A stretch of DNA of 63,938 nucleotides, the filler included, from an uncultured Methanosarcinales archaeon (GTDB lineage: Archaea; Nanobdellota; Nanobdellia; Woesearchaeales; CAYSVS01), in NCBI GenBank assembly GCA_964434475.1. It is 3 parts of 3 records of this genome, joined end to end, with 100 filler letters (N's around TTAATTAATTAA, not from the genome) between each part and the next. Parts side by side here need not be neighbours in the genome. Positions count along the whole stretch, not along the records: positions 1 to 26,509 come from CAYSVS010000015.1; 2 more parts are not named here. One strand, written 5' to 3'. The notes under the pieces are model-generated. The model worked only from the letters and a program-made list of their open reading frames with translations, made no database searches and was not told the origin of the DNA. Below, one piece after another: positions 1-9,649 of the stretch (position 1 is the first letter of the stretch; every line of letters starts with the position of its first letter). The position numbers and the translations under genes were made by a program.

Positions 1-32
1 AATATTTAGAGGTTTAGCCAAGGCTAGAGTTT

Positions 33-51
33 AAATCTGCACAACTCCAGT
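33..51. mobile_element. Putative IS terminal repeat AAATCTGCACAACTCCAGT (copy 1)
   Basis: Identical 19-mer recurs at 51471-51489. Both copies lie within ~35 nt of a sequence edge. Preceded by an ORF end (...IFRGLAKARV*). IS identity is inference. Confidence 0.35.
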
Positions 52-63
52 AATTAAGAGAAA

Positions 64-147
64 TGTGGGGATGAGGATTTGAACCCCAGTAGGCACTAAG
101 CCAATAGGTCCTAAGCCTATCCCGTTTGACCGCTCCGGCATCCCCAC
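64..147 (-). tRNA. tRNA-Leu(TAG)
   Basis: Reverse complement folds as a cloverleaf: acceptor GTGGGGA/TCCCCAC, anticodon arm ATAGG-CTTAGGA-CCTAT, long variable arm, T-loop TTCAAAT, discriminator A, no encoded CCA. Confidence 0.95.
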
Positions 148-194
148 AAATGAAGATAAAAGTTAAATCAAGCAAAAATTAATAATATAAAAAC

Positions 195-1559
195 CTATTG
201 TTTTTTCATCTTTAAAAAACCAGGAAACTTCTGTTGTATCTGTCTGCTGATCTTTTTAGCATCATCTAGCTTACCCATCTTATGATAAGTATATGCAAGA
301 TTAGAATATAATTCAGGTATATTATCGTCAATATCAATAGCTTTTTTCAACATATCTACAGCTTTTTCATACTCTTCCATAACACCATAAGCTACTGCAA
401 TATTCAATAACAATCTCGGATTTTTGCTGTCTAAAGTTTTTGCCTTTGCAAAATATTTCATAGCCTTATCATAATTCTTCAATCTTGAATTCAAAACAGC
501 TATATTCATCAAAGCATTCAGATCATTAGGATTAATATCCAATACTTTCTCAAGCATCTCTATTGCTTTTTCAATATTCTTATTCATCAAGAACAATTTT
601 GAAACATTGAAATATATGCTGCTGTTTTTTGGATTCAAAGATAAGGATTTGTTATAAAGTTCAATCGCTTTTTTAATATCTTTTTTCTCCATTATCACAG
701 CAAGATTATAGTAGGCATTAGGATTATTAGGATTAGTCTCTATAGCTTTTCTGAAATTGTCTTCAGCTTTAGTAAACTCCTTTTTTTTGAAATACACAGC
801 CCCAAGATTAACATATGACGCAGAATCATTCGGCTGCATAGCCAATGCCTTTTCAAAATTCACTATAGCTTCGTCATATTTTCCAAGCACTTGCTGCTGT
901 ATTGCCAATTCCTTTAATGCTTTAACATCTCCTGAACCTGCTTTTTTCTCTCCTATCTTAAGATATTGCTCTGATTTCTTGTCAACAAAATCTTTACTCC
1001 TCACTTTACCATAATGATGTATAGGCAATGTAGACACAATAGTTTTTCCACCATATTTGGCTATAGAATCCTTTACTGATTCATGCACAGGCATAGTATA
1101 GTATATTTCATCCTTATTCCTGAATAATCTCAACAACAGTGTCTCAAAAAAACCAGAATAATCTTTTTTCTCTTCATAATCATCAACAGGTTTCCAATTA
1201 GCTATAGAAGAATCGTTTGTATAAGTCCTTTGAACAAGATAATATCCTTCAACATTTCCAGATATCATTTCCTTTATCCTTTCATGGTCCTTTTTTGCAA
1301 TTACTTCATCAGCATCCAATACTAATATCCAATCTTTCGTTGCATTCTTCAAAGAAACATTCCTTGCTTTGCTAAAATCATCTTCCCACTTTATTTCTAT
1401 TACTTTAACGCCAAATTTCTTTGCTATCTCTATGGTATTATCAGTGCTTCCAGTGTCAACAATTATAATCTCATCAACCAAGTCCTTTACACTGTTCAAA
1501 CATTGCTCTAGAAACTCTTCCTCGTTTTTTACTATCATACATAAACTTAAACTTGCCAT
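195..1559 (-). CDS. GT2 family glycosyltransferase with C-terminal TPR repeats
   Basis: SLCMIVKNEE, VDTGSTD, DFSKARN and LDADE (DxD) motifs, followed by several TPR-like units (AYYNLA, YFNVS, YSNLA). Confidence 0.9.
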   Translation of the reverse strand: MASLSLCMIVKNEEEFLEQCLNSVKDLVDEIIIVDTGSTDNTIEIAKKFGVKVIEIKWEDDFSKARNVSLKNATKDWILVLDADEVIAKKDHERIKEMISGNVEGYYLVQRTYTNDSSIANWKPVDDYEEKKDYSGFFETLLLRLFRNKDEIYYTMPVHESVKDSIAKYGGKTIVSTLPIHHYGKVRSKDFVDKKSEQYLKIGEKKAGSGDVKALKELAIQQQVLGKYDEAIVNFEKALAMQPNDSASYVNLGAVYFKKKEFTKAEDNFRKAIETNPNNPNAYYNLAVIMEKKDIKKAIELYNKSLSLNPKNSSIYFNVSKLFLMNKNIEKAIEMLEKVLDINPNDLNALMNIAVLNSRLKNYDKAMKYFAKAKTLDSKNPRLLLNIAVAYGVMEEYEKAVDMLKKAIDIDDNIPELYSNLAYTYHKMGKLDDAKKISRQIQQKFPGFLKMKKQ

Positions 1560-1616
1560 TTAAATCAAAAATCCTGAATAAATTTAAATATGTTATTGTT
1601 TTTGAGTATATATATC

Positions 1617-3422
1617 ATGAAAATCAAAAAAGAAAGTGTGTTTTGGATATTGATGATCTTGCTTTTTCTGCAACTTACTTATAGCACAACTAAGCTTTCT
1701 TTGACAAATGACGAAATAGCACATATTCCTGCAGGCTATCACTATCTAAAGAATTGGGATTTTAGATTAAATCCAGAACATCCTCCACTAATTAAACAGA
1801 TATCAGCAATACCTTTATTGTTCATGGATATTAATTCCGATACAAAAGACCCTTATTATCTTAATGCTTCATATACAACAAACAGCCAATGGGAATACGG
1901 TAAAAGATTTATGTTTAAATACAATGACAATGCAGACAACATAATATTCTGGTCAAGAATACCCATAATATTGTTAGCTTTGCTTCTTGGATATTATGTT
2001 TTCCTATGGGCCAAAGAATTGTTCGGCACAAACGCAGGATTATTCTCATTATTCTTATATGTATTAAGCCCTACTGTACTGTCACAATCAAACATTGTCA
2101 CAACAGACTTAGGCATAGCTTGTTTCATGTTCATAAGCTTCTATTATTTCTGGAAGCTAAACAAGGAATATTCAACAAAGAATCTAGCACTATCTGGCAT
2201 ATTCTTCGGATTAGCGATGTGTTCAAAGTTTACAGCATTATATATGCTCCCTATGTATGCATTGATTTATATTCTTGTTCTATTAAAAAACGCGATTAAA
2301 GAAAGAAAATTAGATTATAGCACTATAAAATCAAGTTTCAAAAACAACATTGCACTATTGAAACATATAACAATTATAGGATTGATAGCACTGTTGGTAA
2401 TCAATATAGACTATGGATTTGATCAAGATAGATTTTTAGGAGAAGAAAAAGCGAAATTCGCAGAAACATTAGGAAAAATCAATCCAACACTTACACCTAT
2501 ATCTAGCACCCTGCTTAAGATAATACCTATTCCGAATGACTATATGGCAGGCTTGAATGCAGTATCAAAACATTCTTTAGGAGGACATGCAGCATACCTT
2601 ATGAGTAAACAGTCAAAACAAGGCTGGTGGTATTATTTTTTCGTGACATTTTTTATCAAAACCCCTATTCCCACTATAATTTTGCTTATGTTAACAATAT
2701 ATTTTTTCAAAATAACAAAAAAAGAGTATTTGACAGAACTTATGTTGATAATTCCTACAGTAACATATTTCCTTTTCTTTGTCATAAACAACATAAACAT
2801 AGGCCATAGACACATACTGCCAGTATATCCTTTTATGTTTGTATCCATTGGCAGAATATGGTGCGTAAAAAAACATTGGAAAAAATACTTGATTGTAATC
2901 TTAAGCATATGGTATATACTATCTGCTGTCCTCATTTTTCCCCATCACATCTCATATTTCAATGAATTAGCAGGAGGACCCAATAAAGGTCATAAGTATC
3001 TTATAGATTCAAACATAGACTATGGCCAGGATCTAAAGAATTTAAAAGAATATATTGATAAGAACAATATAAAGAACATAAATCTTGCTTACTGGGGAAC
3101 AGATTCTCCAGATTATAGAAAGATAGATTACAAAGAATTGAACTGCACACCAATTTCAGGAATATCGGCAGTAAGCGTCAACTACAAGTTAGGCCTTTCA
3201 GAAGAAAGCAATAAACTTTGCTTTGCGTGGCTTGATGATTATGAACCTATAGCAAAAGCAGGATATTCAATATGGATCTATGACATCAAAGATATAGAAC
3301 CAGAAGATTACTATTCTAAAAAATGTAAAGATATTTGTAAAGAAAATTGTATAAAAAATAATAAAAAATATCTATCGTCAATATTCATAGATAATTCCTG
3401 CGAATGTAAATGCACAGATTAA
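1617..3422 (+). CDS. GT-C fold (PMT/ArnT-like, GT39/83) membrane glycosyltransferase with Cys-rich C-terminal tail
   Basis: LTNDEIAH, NPEHPPL and DSNIDYGQDL motifs; many TM helices. Start placed at MKIKKES (1617). Confidence 0.8.
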   Translation: MKIKKESVFWILMILLFLQLTYSTTKLSLTNDEIAHIPAGYHYLKNWDFRLNPEHPPLIKQISAIPLLFMDINSDTKDPYYLNASYTTNSQWEYGKRFMFKYNDNADNIIFWSRIPIILLALLLGYYVFLWAKELFGTNAGLFSLFLYVLSPTVLSQSNIVTTDLGIACFMFISFYYFWKLNKEYSTKNLALSGIFFGLAMCSKFTALYMLPMYALIYILVLLKNAIKERKLDYSTIKSSFKNNIALLKHITIIGLIALLVINIDYGFDQDRFLGEEKAKFAETLGKINPTLTPISSTLLKIIPIPNDYMAGLNAVSKHSLGGHAAYLMSKQSKQGWWYYFFVTFFIKTPIPTIILLMLTIYFFKITKKEYLTELMLIIPTVTYFLFFVINNINIGHRHILPVYPFMFVSIGRIWCVKKHWKKYLIVILSIWYILSAVLIFPHHISYFNELAGGPNKGHKYLIDSNIDYGQDLKNLKEYIDKNNIKNINLAYWGTDSPDYRKIDYKELNCTPISGISAVSVNYKLGLSEESNKLCFAWLDDYEPIAKAGYSIWIYDIKDIEPEDYYSKKCKDICKENCIKNNKKYLSSIFIDNSCECKCTD

Positions 3423-3432
3423 GTGAAAAAAT

Positions 3433-3597
3433 CTACTTTTTCTGCCAAGTATAGGATCTCTGCTTGCTTGTTTTACCAAAACCACAACTGGCGCAAACAT
3501 GCGTCCTTTTATGCATGGTATGCTTTCCACATCTTCTGCATATTATGTGCGTTTTCTTTCCTGAATGTTTTCCTTTTGAAGGAGTTCCTTTTGTCAT
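3433..3597 (-). CDS. rpl37e: 50S ribosomal protein L37e (absent from ORF track)
   Basis: Hand translation [55 protein letters not shown]2-C2 zinc ribbon; classic position downstream of Sm. Confidence 0.95.
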   Translation of the reverse strand: MTKGTPSKGKHSGKKTHIICRRCGKHTMHKRTHVCASCGFGKTSKQRSYTWQKK

Positions 3598-3627
3598 CTT
3601 TATTCACTCGCAAGTTCTATCAAAAAA

Positions 3628-3852
3628 TTATTGTGGAGAAATCAAGATAATTGTATCTCCTCTTAAAAAAATGTTGCCTAACTTTCTTTTAAGTTCACCA
3701 TCTACTCTTTCTTCTGCATCATCCAATACAACATTTATATGAATATCAAATGCCTTAAGATTACCTATAAATTGTTTGCCGTTCTTAAGTTCAACAATTA
3801 CTCTTTTGTCCCTTGCTCTGTTAAGAGCATCTAAAGGTCGTGAAGCTTCCAT
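3628..3852 (-). CDS. Sm/Lsm-like archaeal RNA-binding protein (SmAP1)
   Basis: RPLDAL, GNLKAFDIHINVVL and IFLRGDTIILISP Sm motifs; linked to L37e. Confidence 0.95.
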   Translation of the reverse strand: MEASRPLDALNRARDKRVIVELKNGKQFIGNLKAFDIHINVVLDDAEERVDGELKRKLGNIFLRGDTIILISPQ

Positions 3853-3993
3853 GTAAATAACACCTCAAAATATTTTATAAATAATACATAGGATTTACAT
3901 AGGATATTTAAATGTTACGGATTAAAATCAAAAGTTATTTAAATAAACCCTTTTTCTTGAAGATAAAGAAATTTCAAGATAAGGTGAGAAATT

Positions 3994-4371
3994 ATGGTTA
4001 TTATTCAACACAGATCAAAAAGGAGCAGCACAGGTGCAAGATACATCAGTGCAAGAAAGAAAAAACTTTATGAAGCAGGAGGACTGCCTATACATACAAA
4101 ACTTGAAAAGAAAAAAAGCAAGGCAGTAAGAACCAAAGGAAACAACAGTAAAACAAAATTATTATCCGATAACTTCGTTAATTTGTGCGACCCTAAGACA
4201 AAAAAAGTTGAAAAGGTCAAGATCAATAACGTAGTCGAGAATCCTGCAAACAGGCACTTTGTAAGAAGGAACATATTAACAAAAGGAACCATTGTTGATA
4301 CAGAAAAAGGCAAGGCAAAGATAACTTCCAGACCAGGTCAAGAAGGAACCATTAATGCTGTATTGGTTTAG
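3994..4371 (+). CDS. rps8e: 30S ribosomal protein S8e
   Basis: RSKRSSTGAR, ENPANRHFVRRNILTKG, SRPGQEGTINAVL. Confidence 0.97.
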   Translation: MVIIQHRSKRSSTGARYISARKKKLYEAGGLPIHTKLEKKKSKAVRTKGNNSKTKLLSDNFVNLCDPKTKKVEKVKINNVVENPANRHFVRRNILTKGTIVDTEKGKAKITSRPGQEGTINAVLV

Positions 4372-4754
4372 ATTTGTTCTAATTATTTTTTTATTTACAT
4401 ATTTAAGTTCTTGATTAAGGATTTTTAAAAATTCTTATCATACATGTCCTTATTTTTTATAACCAGCCACCAGAACTGCCAAAAAGAATTGATTTTCAAA
4501 AAGTTCATAATTAAATTCTGCATTCATTTATTTTACAAGAGTTTTTGCACCAACATAGCATTTACAAAACATAAAAAAACCATATTATCTAAAAAAGACC
4601 TATCTTATTCATCTCTTCTGTATTCGATCTTTTCCAAAAGCCTTTATGCTTCTTGATCATATAGTTAAGACATATAATTTTGTAAATATTGATCGCTTAT
4701 GAAACCTATTCTCTATCAAAAGTTTAGAAAAAAAACAGAAAGAAAAAAATAAGA

Positions 4755-4961
4755 TTAAAAAACAATCTTAATCTTTTTATCCTTAGATTCAGGAGATTTC
4801 ATATTAACAAGCTTATATTCCTTAAGACCTTTTGTTTCAGCATACTTTTTAGCTGCTTCTTCTGTCTTGAATGTTTTAGGTCTGGATTTCCTATATCTTG
4901 GCAAAGGTGTTCCTCTTGAACCTCCTCTGTTAAAATCCCTTATCCTTACATGACTGCTCAT
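4755..4961 (-). CDS. Small basic hypothetical protein coupled to rpl11
   Basis: 68 aa, R/K-rich (RPKTFKTEEAAKKYA); ATGA overlap with the rpl11 stop. Confidence 0.75.
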   Translation of the reverse strand: MSSHVRIRDFNRGGSRGTPLPRYRKSRPKTFKTEEAAKKYAETKGLKEYKLVNMKSPESKDKKIKIVF

Positions 4962-5704
4962 TTTTTAGCACCTCCTTCAGCTGCTTGTGCAGGAGCTGCT
5001 TCTTTAGCAGTTTCAACAGGAAGCATAGGCTCAAATATTTGAATAGGAATCTCAGCTTCCAGCATCTTTGCCTTGATATCTGATCTAGACTTACCTCCCA
5101 TACTTGAAAGTATCTCTTTAGCTTTAGCTTCAAATTCACTTCTTTTCTTATCTATATCTTCCCGTAGTTTCTTTTTCTCTTCCTCTAGCTCTTTCATCTC
5201 TTCATCACTAAGCTCTGTTTTTCCAGAGGTTATTTCCTGATCAAACTTGCCTTCATTGACTGATTTTATAGCGTCTCTTGCGTCTATTCCTTCTACCAAT
5301 ACACCCATAGAATCACAAGTACCTATGATTTCTTTTACTCTCTGTTTAGTATCTTTACCAAGCAGACCATCTTCTTTCATTTTTGAAATCTTGATAATCT
5401 GTTCAATCTTTAGATCTGCAATCTTATCCTTGTTTGGCACACCGCTTCCTTTTTGTATTCCTGCCTCTTTCTTGATCAAAGCACTGGCAGGAGGAGTACC
5501 TACTGTAATTTCAAAATCTTTCGATTCTGTGTCTATTATTACCTTGACAGGAACCTGCATACCTTTAAATTCTGCAGTTTTTTTGTTTATATCTCCTACA
5601 ACCTGCCCTATGTTAACACCCATAGGACCTAAAGCAGGACCTAATGGAGGAGCAGCTGTAGCCTTTCCTCCTTCAATCAAAACTTCAACAGTTTCTTTCG
5701 CCAT
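4958..5704 (-). CDS. rpl11: 50S ribosomal protein L11 with ~85-aa C-terminal extension
   Basis: GGKATAAPPLGPALGPMGVN, GTPPASALIKK, IIGTCDSMG. Confidence 0.95.
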   Translation of the reverse strand: MAKETVEVLIEGGKATAAPPLGPALGPMGVNIGQVVGDINKKTAEFKGMQVPVKVIIDTESKDFEITVGTPPASALIKKEAGIQKGSGVPNKDKIADLKIEQIIKISKMKEDGLLGKDTKQRVKEIIGTCDSMGVLVEGIDARDAIKSVNEGKFDQEITSGKTELSDEEMKELEEEKKKLREDIDKKRSEFEAKAKEILSSMGGKSRSDIKAKMLEAEIPIQIFEPMLPVETAKEAAPAQAAEGGAKK

Positions 5705-5811
5705 ATGATATTCACCTTTTAATAATTATTACAGCCGACTAGAAGCGCATCAATTAGTTGGCTTTATTTCCTGAATAAATAGTTGGTTTATAAAAGTTTC
5801 GGAGATAAGAA

Positions 5812-7152
5812 TTAAATTCTCCAGCCTTGCTCCATCTTTGCAACAGATGAATACTGCCTTGCAAAAGCCCATGCTTTCTTGTCAGGATGATACTTCCAGA
5901 AGTTGATACCCCAATCATGATCTTCTTCACGATACTTATCAGCCATAAGATTCTTTATATGTCTTGGATGCCAATCTCCATTTATGAACATATCTCTTAC
6001 AAACTTCTTCATATCTCTTGGCTGAAGCATCCTTGGATAAGGAATCTCAACAACGCTTTTTGTTTTCTCGCTCAATCTTTCATCTCTTAACGCCTTTGCC
6101 GCAGCATCTCCAGGAGAAAGATCATACCCACTATGACAATAGTCGTGGTGCTTTTTCAGGTTAGAATCTTTATATTCATTAACCAGACTTACTATTCCCT
6201 CATCAGAACAAGGAATATATCCTGAGAATTCATGAGAATGAGCTACTGCGTGATCAAGATTCCACATGAATTTGATAAGCATATTTAAATCTGTTTCAGT
6301 ACTATCAAGGATTACATTATTCGGTCCATCAAAATATCTGCCTATTACATCCACCAAAGGTTTAGATCCCATACCAAACTTCTGACTTCTTTTCTTATGC
6401 GCTCCAAAAGGCGAACGTATTATCCTCATAAAAGCAGGATCAGCAGTCCAACTGATATCTATGTTCATACATTTATTTTCTGAATCCCATATAGTTATAG
6501 GCATGCCTTCTCCTTCTTCAACATCCTGCTTTGTCTTCAAAGCAAGGTATTCTGCAAGTATACATATTCCAGAATAAACTGATGCTGCTTCTTTTCCAGG
6601 AGCAGGATTTCTTTTCAGATCTCCGCGATCAAGAAAATCATATGCTTTAAATACAGCATTATCCTCATATCCTATTTCTTTAAGAGCGTCCCATGCCTTT
6701 GTATCTCTTTTTATGTACGTCAAGAAATGACCTCCTGAAGGAGTATAGTCTAAAAGATAAGGAATATTATGGTTTTCTAACTTATCCGCAAGATAATTTT
6801 TTACAGGAGATATATATTTTTGAAAATAATGGAACTGTGAATCTTCCTTGGCATACAGATCCTTAAAATCCTGTAAAAATATTTCAAAATCAAAAGGCAT
6901 AAGTATAGCTTCGCACTTATCGACTCTTCCAGTATGCTCATTCTTGCTTCCTAGTACAGGAATAAATATCTCTAATTCTTTATTTACAGTTAAATCCCAT
7001 AAACTATGCGTAGGTTCAACAGTAACCAATAAATTATTAGGATCCCATCCATATCTTATCAACTCTCTCCCATATCCAAGAACAAAATGAGAATGCTGAA
7101 AACAGTTATTCAATTTTCCAAAAACCTTTTGATAATATTCTGACAATTCCAT
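5812..7152 (-). CDS. Divergent AEP (primase-polymerase) superfamily-like protein, paralogue A
   Basis: Candidate motif I PFDFE, motif II YTPSGGHF, motif III NIDISW...RIIRSPFGAH; homologous to 7230-8843. Confidence 0.55.
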   Translation of the reverse strand: MELSEYYQKVFGKLNNCFQHSHFVLGYGRELIRYGWDPNNLLVTVEPTHSLWDLTVNKELEIFIPVLGSKNEHTGRVDKCEAILMPFDFEIFLQDFKDLYAKEDSQFHYFQKYISPVKNYLADKLENHNIPYLLDYTPSGGHFLTYIKRDTKAWDALKEIGYEDNAVFKAYDFLDRGDLKRNPAPGKEAASVYSGICILAEYLALKTKQDVEEGEGMPITIWDSENKCMNIDISWTADPAFMRIIRSPFGAHKKRSQKFGMGSKPLVDVIGRYFDGPNNVILDSTETDLNMLIKFMWNLDHAVAHSHEFSGYIPCSDEGIVSLVNEYKDSNLKKHHDYCHSGYDLSPGDAAAKALRDERLSEKTKSVVEIPYPRMLQPRDMKKFVRDMFINGDWHPRHIKNLMADKYREEDHDWGINFWKYHPDKKAWAFARQYSSVAKMEQGWRI

Positions 7153-7229
7153 ACTATACGCCTTTCTTTTTTTGAATACATGAGATTCAGAAAACTATTT
7201 TAAATTAATTTAGGTTTTACAGAATATAA

Positions 7230-8843
7230 TCACAAACCAGGCAATATGATAGAAGGCCATTTAGCCCATTCTGCCTTAGAATATTTATTTGATTTATCCT
7301 CATGCTCAAAAATACCTTTCCTGCAGGGATCAGTATACAATGCATACATCAATACAAGCATATCTCTTGGAACAAACCCAGTATTATGCATCTGACTGAA
7401 AATATATTGTAAAGCTTTTGGATCCTTTACCTTATCATCATCATATACGTCTTTCATTATCCACCCGCACCTTTTCCTTATAGGTTCATAATTACTCTCT
7501 CTCATATATTTCACATAATTTTCATCTATAATCCAATCAAGAAGATAATCGTCATACTGCTTTATCTTGCTTCTTTTATAATCTGAAATAAGGTTTAATA
7601 TACCTTTGCTTCCATCCGGAATCCTAGAATTTGATTCCCTTAGATGATGCCATGCAGCATTTCTATTTGCTCTTGTATGAAGCATATGCCCTATGTCGCC
7701 TTTAAAATAATCCTTATTATGCATGCTGTTACTTCTTGGTATTCTTACAAGATCAGGATTATTCACTTTACCATATACACTTCCTGAACTGCCCAAAACA
7801 GCCATATTTGATTGTCTTAATAAAGAAGTAAGATCCAAAGATATTGTTTTATGATGCGTATCTGAATAATTAATAAAAGGATCGTATCCATGTTCAGCCA
7901 GATTTTTTCTCATCTCTGAAGCCATACTAATTTGAATAAATTTTTCTAACTTTTTTGCACCCTGATATGCAACCTGAGCAAGAAGAGGAGTAGGAAAACC
8001 TTTTCTGCTTTCAAATTTGACCGTAACCAATTTATCTACTGTTTCAGCCTGCAAAGGCCCTCCTATAGCCATCAACTCAAGCATAGCTCTGTTTATACCT
8101 GCTTTCTCGTCCTTACTATGCAAAGGCACTTCTGAAAGAAAATGATAACCTTTTCCTGTCAACATCTCCAAAAAATCAAGACCATAATCATTGAACGTAT
8201 TTGTTGTGACATACCTCACACCTTCGAGCCAAGTAAAATATCCATAAGGATTTTGCAAAATGTTTTCTTTATTACCTTCCTCTACTACTTCATCATCAAG
8301 AGATAAAAGCTGACTTACTGGCTTTTGTTTAAGATAGCTTTTGAGCATATTCTGCATCTCAACATCATATTTATTGAAGATATTATCACACTCAGAAGAT
8401 ATAATATGATCAAACTCTCTTCCCCCATCTAATGCAACTGAAAAAGCCTTCTTGTAAATGTCATTAATGTTTTTCCAATTATTTCTGATTATCTCCATAA
8501 ATTCATTATCCCTTCCATTAAGTTTGATTATATCATCAGATTTAGACATTATCGCCCTGTAGAATTCAGCAGGTTTGCCTATTATTTCTTCACCATATAA
8601 TTTTATACTTTTGATTAGGTAAGGAGGCAAAGATTCAAATCTGCGATTTGTATTGAAACCAAACTTAGACATAATTTCGCTCAATCTAGAGGATAATGCA
8701 ACCTGATACTTGCTTTTATAATTCCTATATACATCCATAAAATGCTCTATGCTTTCTACATGATCAATAGGCTTTCCATCTATCTCAGCACCATTAAACT
8801 GAGCATCTGCAGATAATACACAAGGCTCACAATTCCATACCAT
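7230..8843 (-). CDS. Divergent AEP-like protein, paralogue B (degenerate motif I, helical insertion)
   Basis: LTGKGYHF motif II and ISLDLTS motif III. SRIPDGSKGILNLISDYKRS aligns with GYIPCSDEGIVSLVNEYKDS of paralogue A. Confidence 0.5.
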   Translation of the reverse strand: MVWNCEPCVLSADAQFNGAEIDGKPIDHVESIEHFMDVYRNYKSKYQVALSSRLSEIMSKFGFNTNRRFESLPPYLIKSIKLYGEEIIGKPAEFYRAIMSKSDDIIKLNGRDNEFMEIIRNNWKNINDIYKKAFSVALDGGREFDHIISSECDNIFNKYDVEMQNMLKSYLKQKPVSQLLSLDDEVVEEGNKENILQNPYGYFTWLEGVRYVTTNTFNDYGLDFLEMLTGKGYHFLSEVPLHSKDEKAGINRAMLELMAIGGPLQAETVDKLVTVKFESRKGFPTPLLAQVAYQGAKKLEKFIQISMASEMRKNLAEHGYDPFINYSDTHHKTISLDLTSLLRQSNMAVLGSSGSVYGKVNNPDLVRIPRSNSMHNKDYFKGDIGHMLHTRANRNAAWHHLRESNSRIPDGSKGILNLISDYKRSKIKQYDDYLLDWIIDENYVKYMRESNYEPIRKRCGWIMKDVYDDDKVKDPKALQYIFSQMHNTGFVPRDMLVLMYALYTDPCRKGIFEHEDKSNKYSKAEWAKWPSIILPGL

Positions 8844-8983
8844 ATTCTAAACGCATAAAGGATTAATTAAAAAGATTATTGTAAAAGAGATTACATATTG
8901 AAGTATATAGAGATATATTAAGAATAGATAGCGCAAATATAAGTCGCCACTTTTCAGATACATAAATTGAAGAAATAATAGTA

Positions 8984-9087
8984 TATCAACAGTTCATGAC
9001 CACCAACCAATATACGAAAAAAGATTAATATATTTTTTGTGTCCTAAAAATATCTTATTTTTATGAGATTAATGGTATTAAAAGTAT
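8984..9087. repeat. Dispersed ~100-bp hairpin-containing intergenic repeat, family R1 copy 1
   Basis: Shares TATCAACAGTTCATGACCAC...ATTTTTATGAGA...GGTATTAAAAGTAT with 16042-16142. Confidence 0.85.
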
Positions 9088-9198
9088 AAAAAAATAACCC
9101 TTGGAAAAAAAGATATTGAATATATCTAAAAAGTCCCTACTAAAATAAACAAAGAAAAAAGCAATAAATTACACAAAAAAAGCATTCATAAAAGAATG

Positions 9199-9528
9199 CT
9201 AATCTTGTTGTTGTGCATCAGAATCATCTGATTCTTGAACTTCTTCATAATAAGTTTCTATTTTTTTATCAATCTCTTCCTGCGTGATAATATTCTTTTC
9301 GATCAAAAGCTCAGTCAACGCAGTTATCTTATCATCGAGTTCTTCTATAACTTCATCATCATCCTGATCTTCAAAATCTTCATCATCCTGATCTTCAAAA
9401 TCTTCATCATCTTGATCTTCAGAATATTCATCATCTTGATCGTTTTCTTTACTGCCTTCAAGACAGTTGTGTTCTTCATGCTGCTCAGCACCTACATCCT
9501 GCCTTAAGTTTTCATCTTGTTGTTCCAT
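9199..9528 (-). CDS. Highly acidic hypothetical protein with 8-aa (24-bp) DEDFEDQD tandem repeats
   Basis: GAGGTG RBS before ATG at 9528; repeats at ~9350-9440; C-terminal LTELLIEKNIITQEEI helix. Confidence 0.75.
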   Translation of the reverse strand: MEQQDENLRQDVGAEQHEEHNCLEGSKENDQDDEYSEDQDDEDFEDQDDEDFEDQDDDEVIEELDDKITALTELLIEKNIITQEEIDKKIETYYEEVQESDDSDAQQQD

Positions 9529-9649
9529 GATTACCACCTCAACTGTAATATCATATTATTTAAATCAGTTTGTAATAAAAAAACAGACTTATAATCATTA
9601 CGTATATACTATACTTGTTAAAATTATTCTAAATAAACAAAAAAAAGAA

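Noticed and set aside
64..3422. Integrated island at tRNA-Leu
   Set aside because: No integrase or duplicated tRNA 3' end in the window. The tRNA 3' side faces the window edge, so this cannot be assessed.
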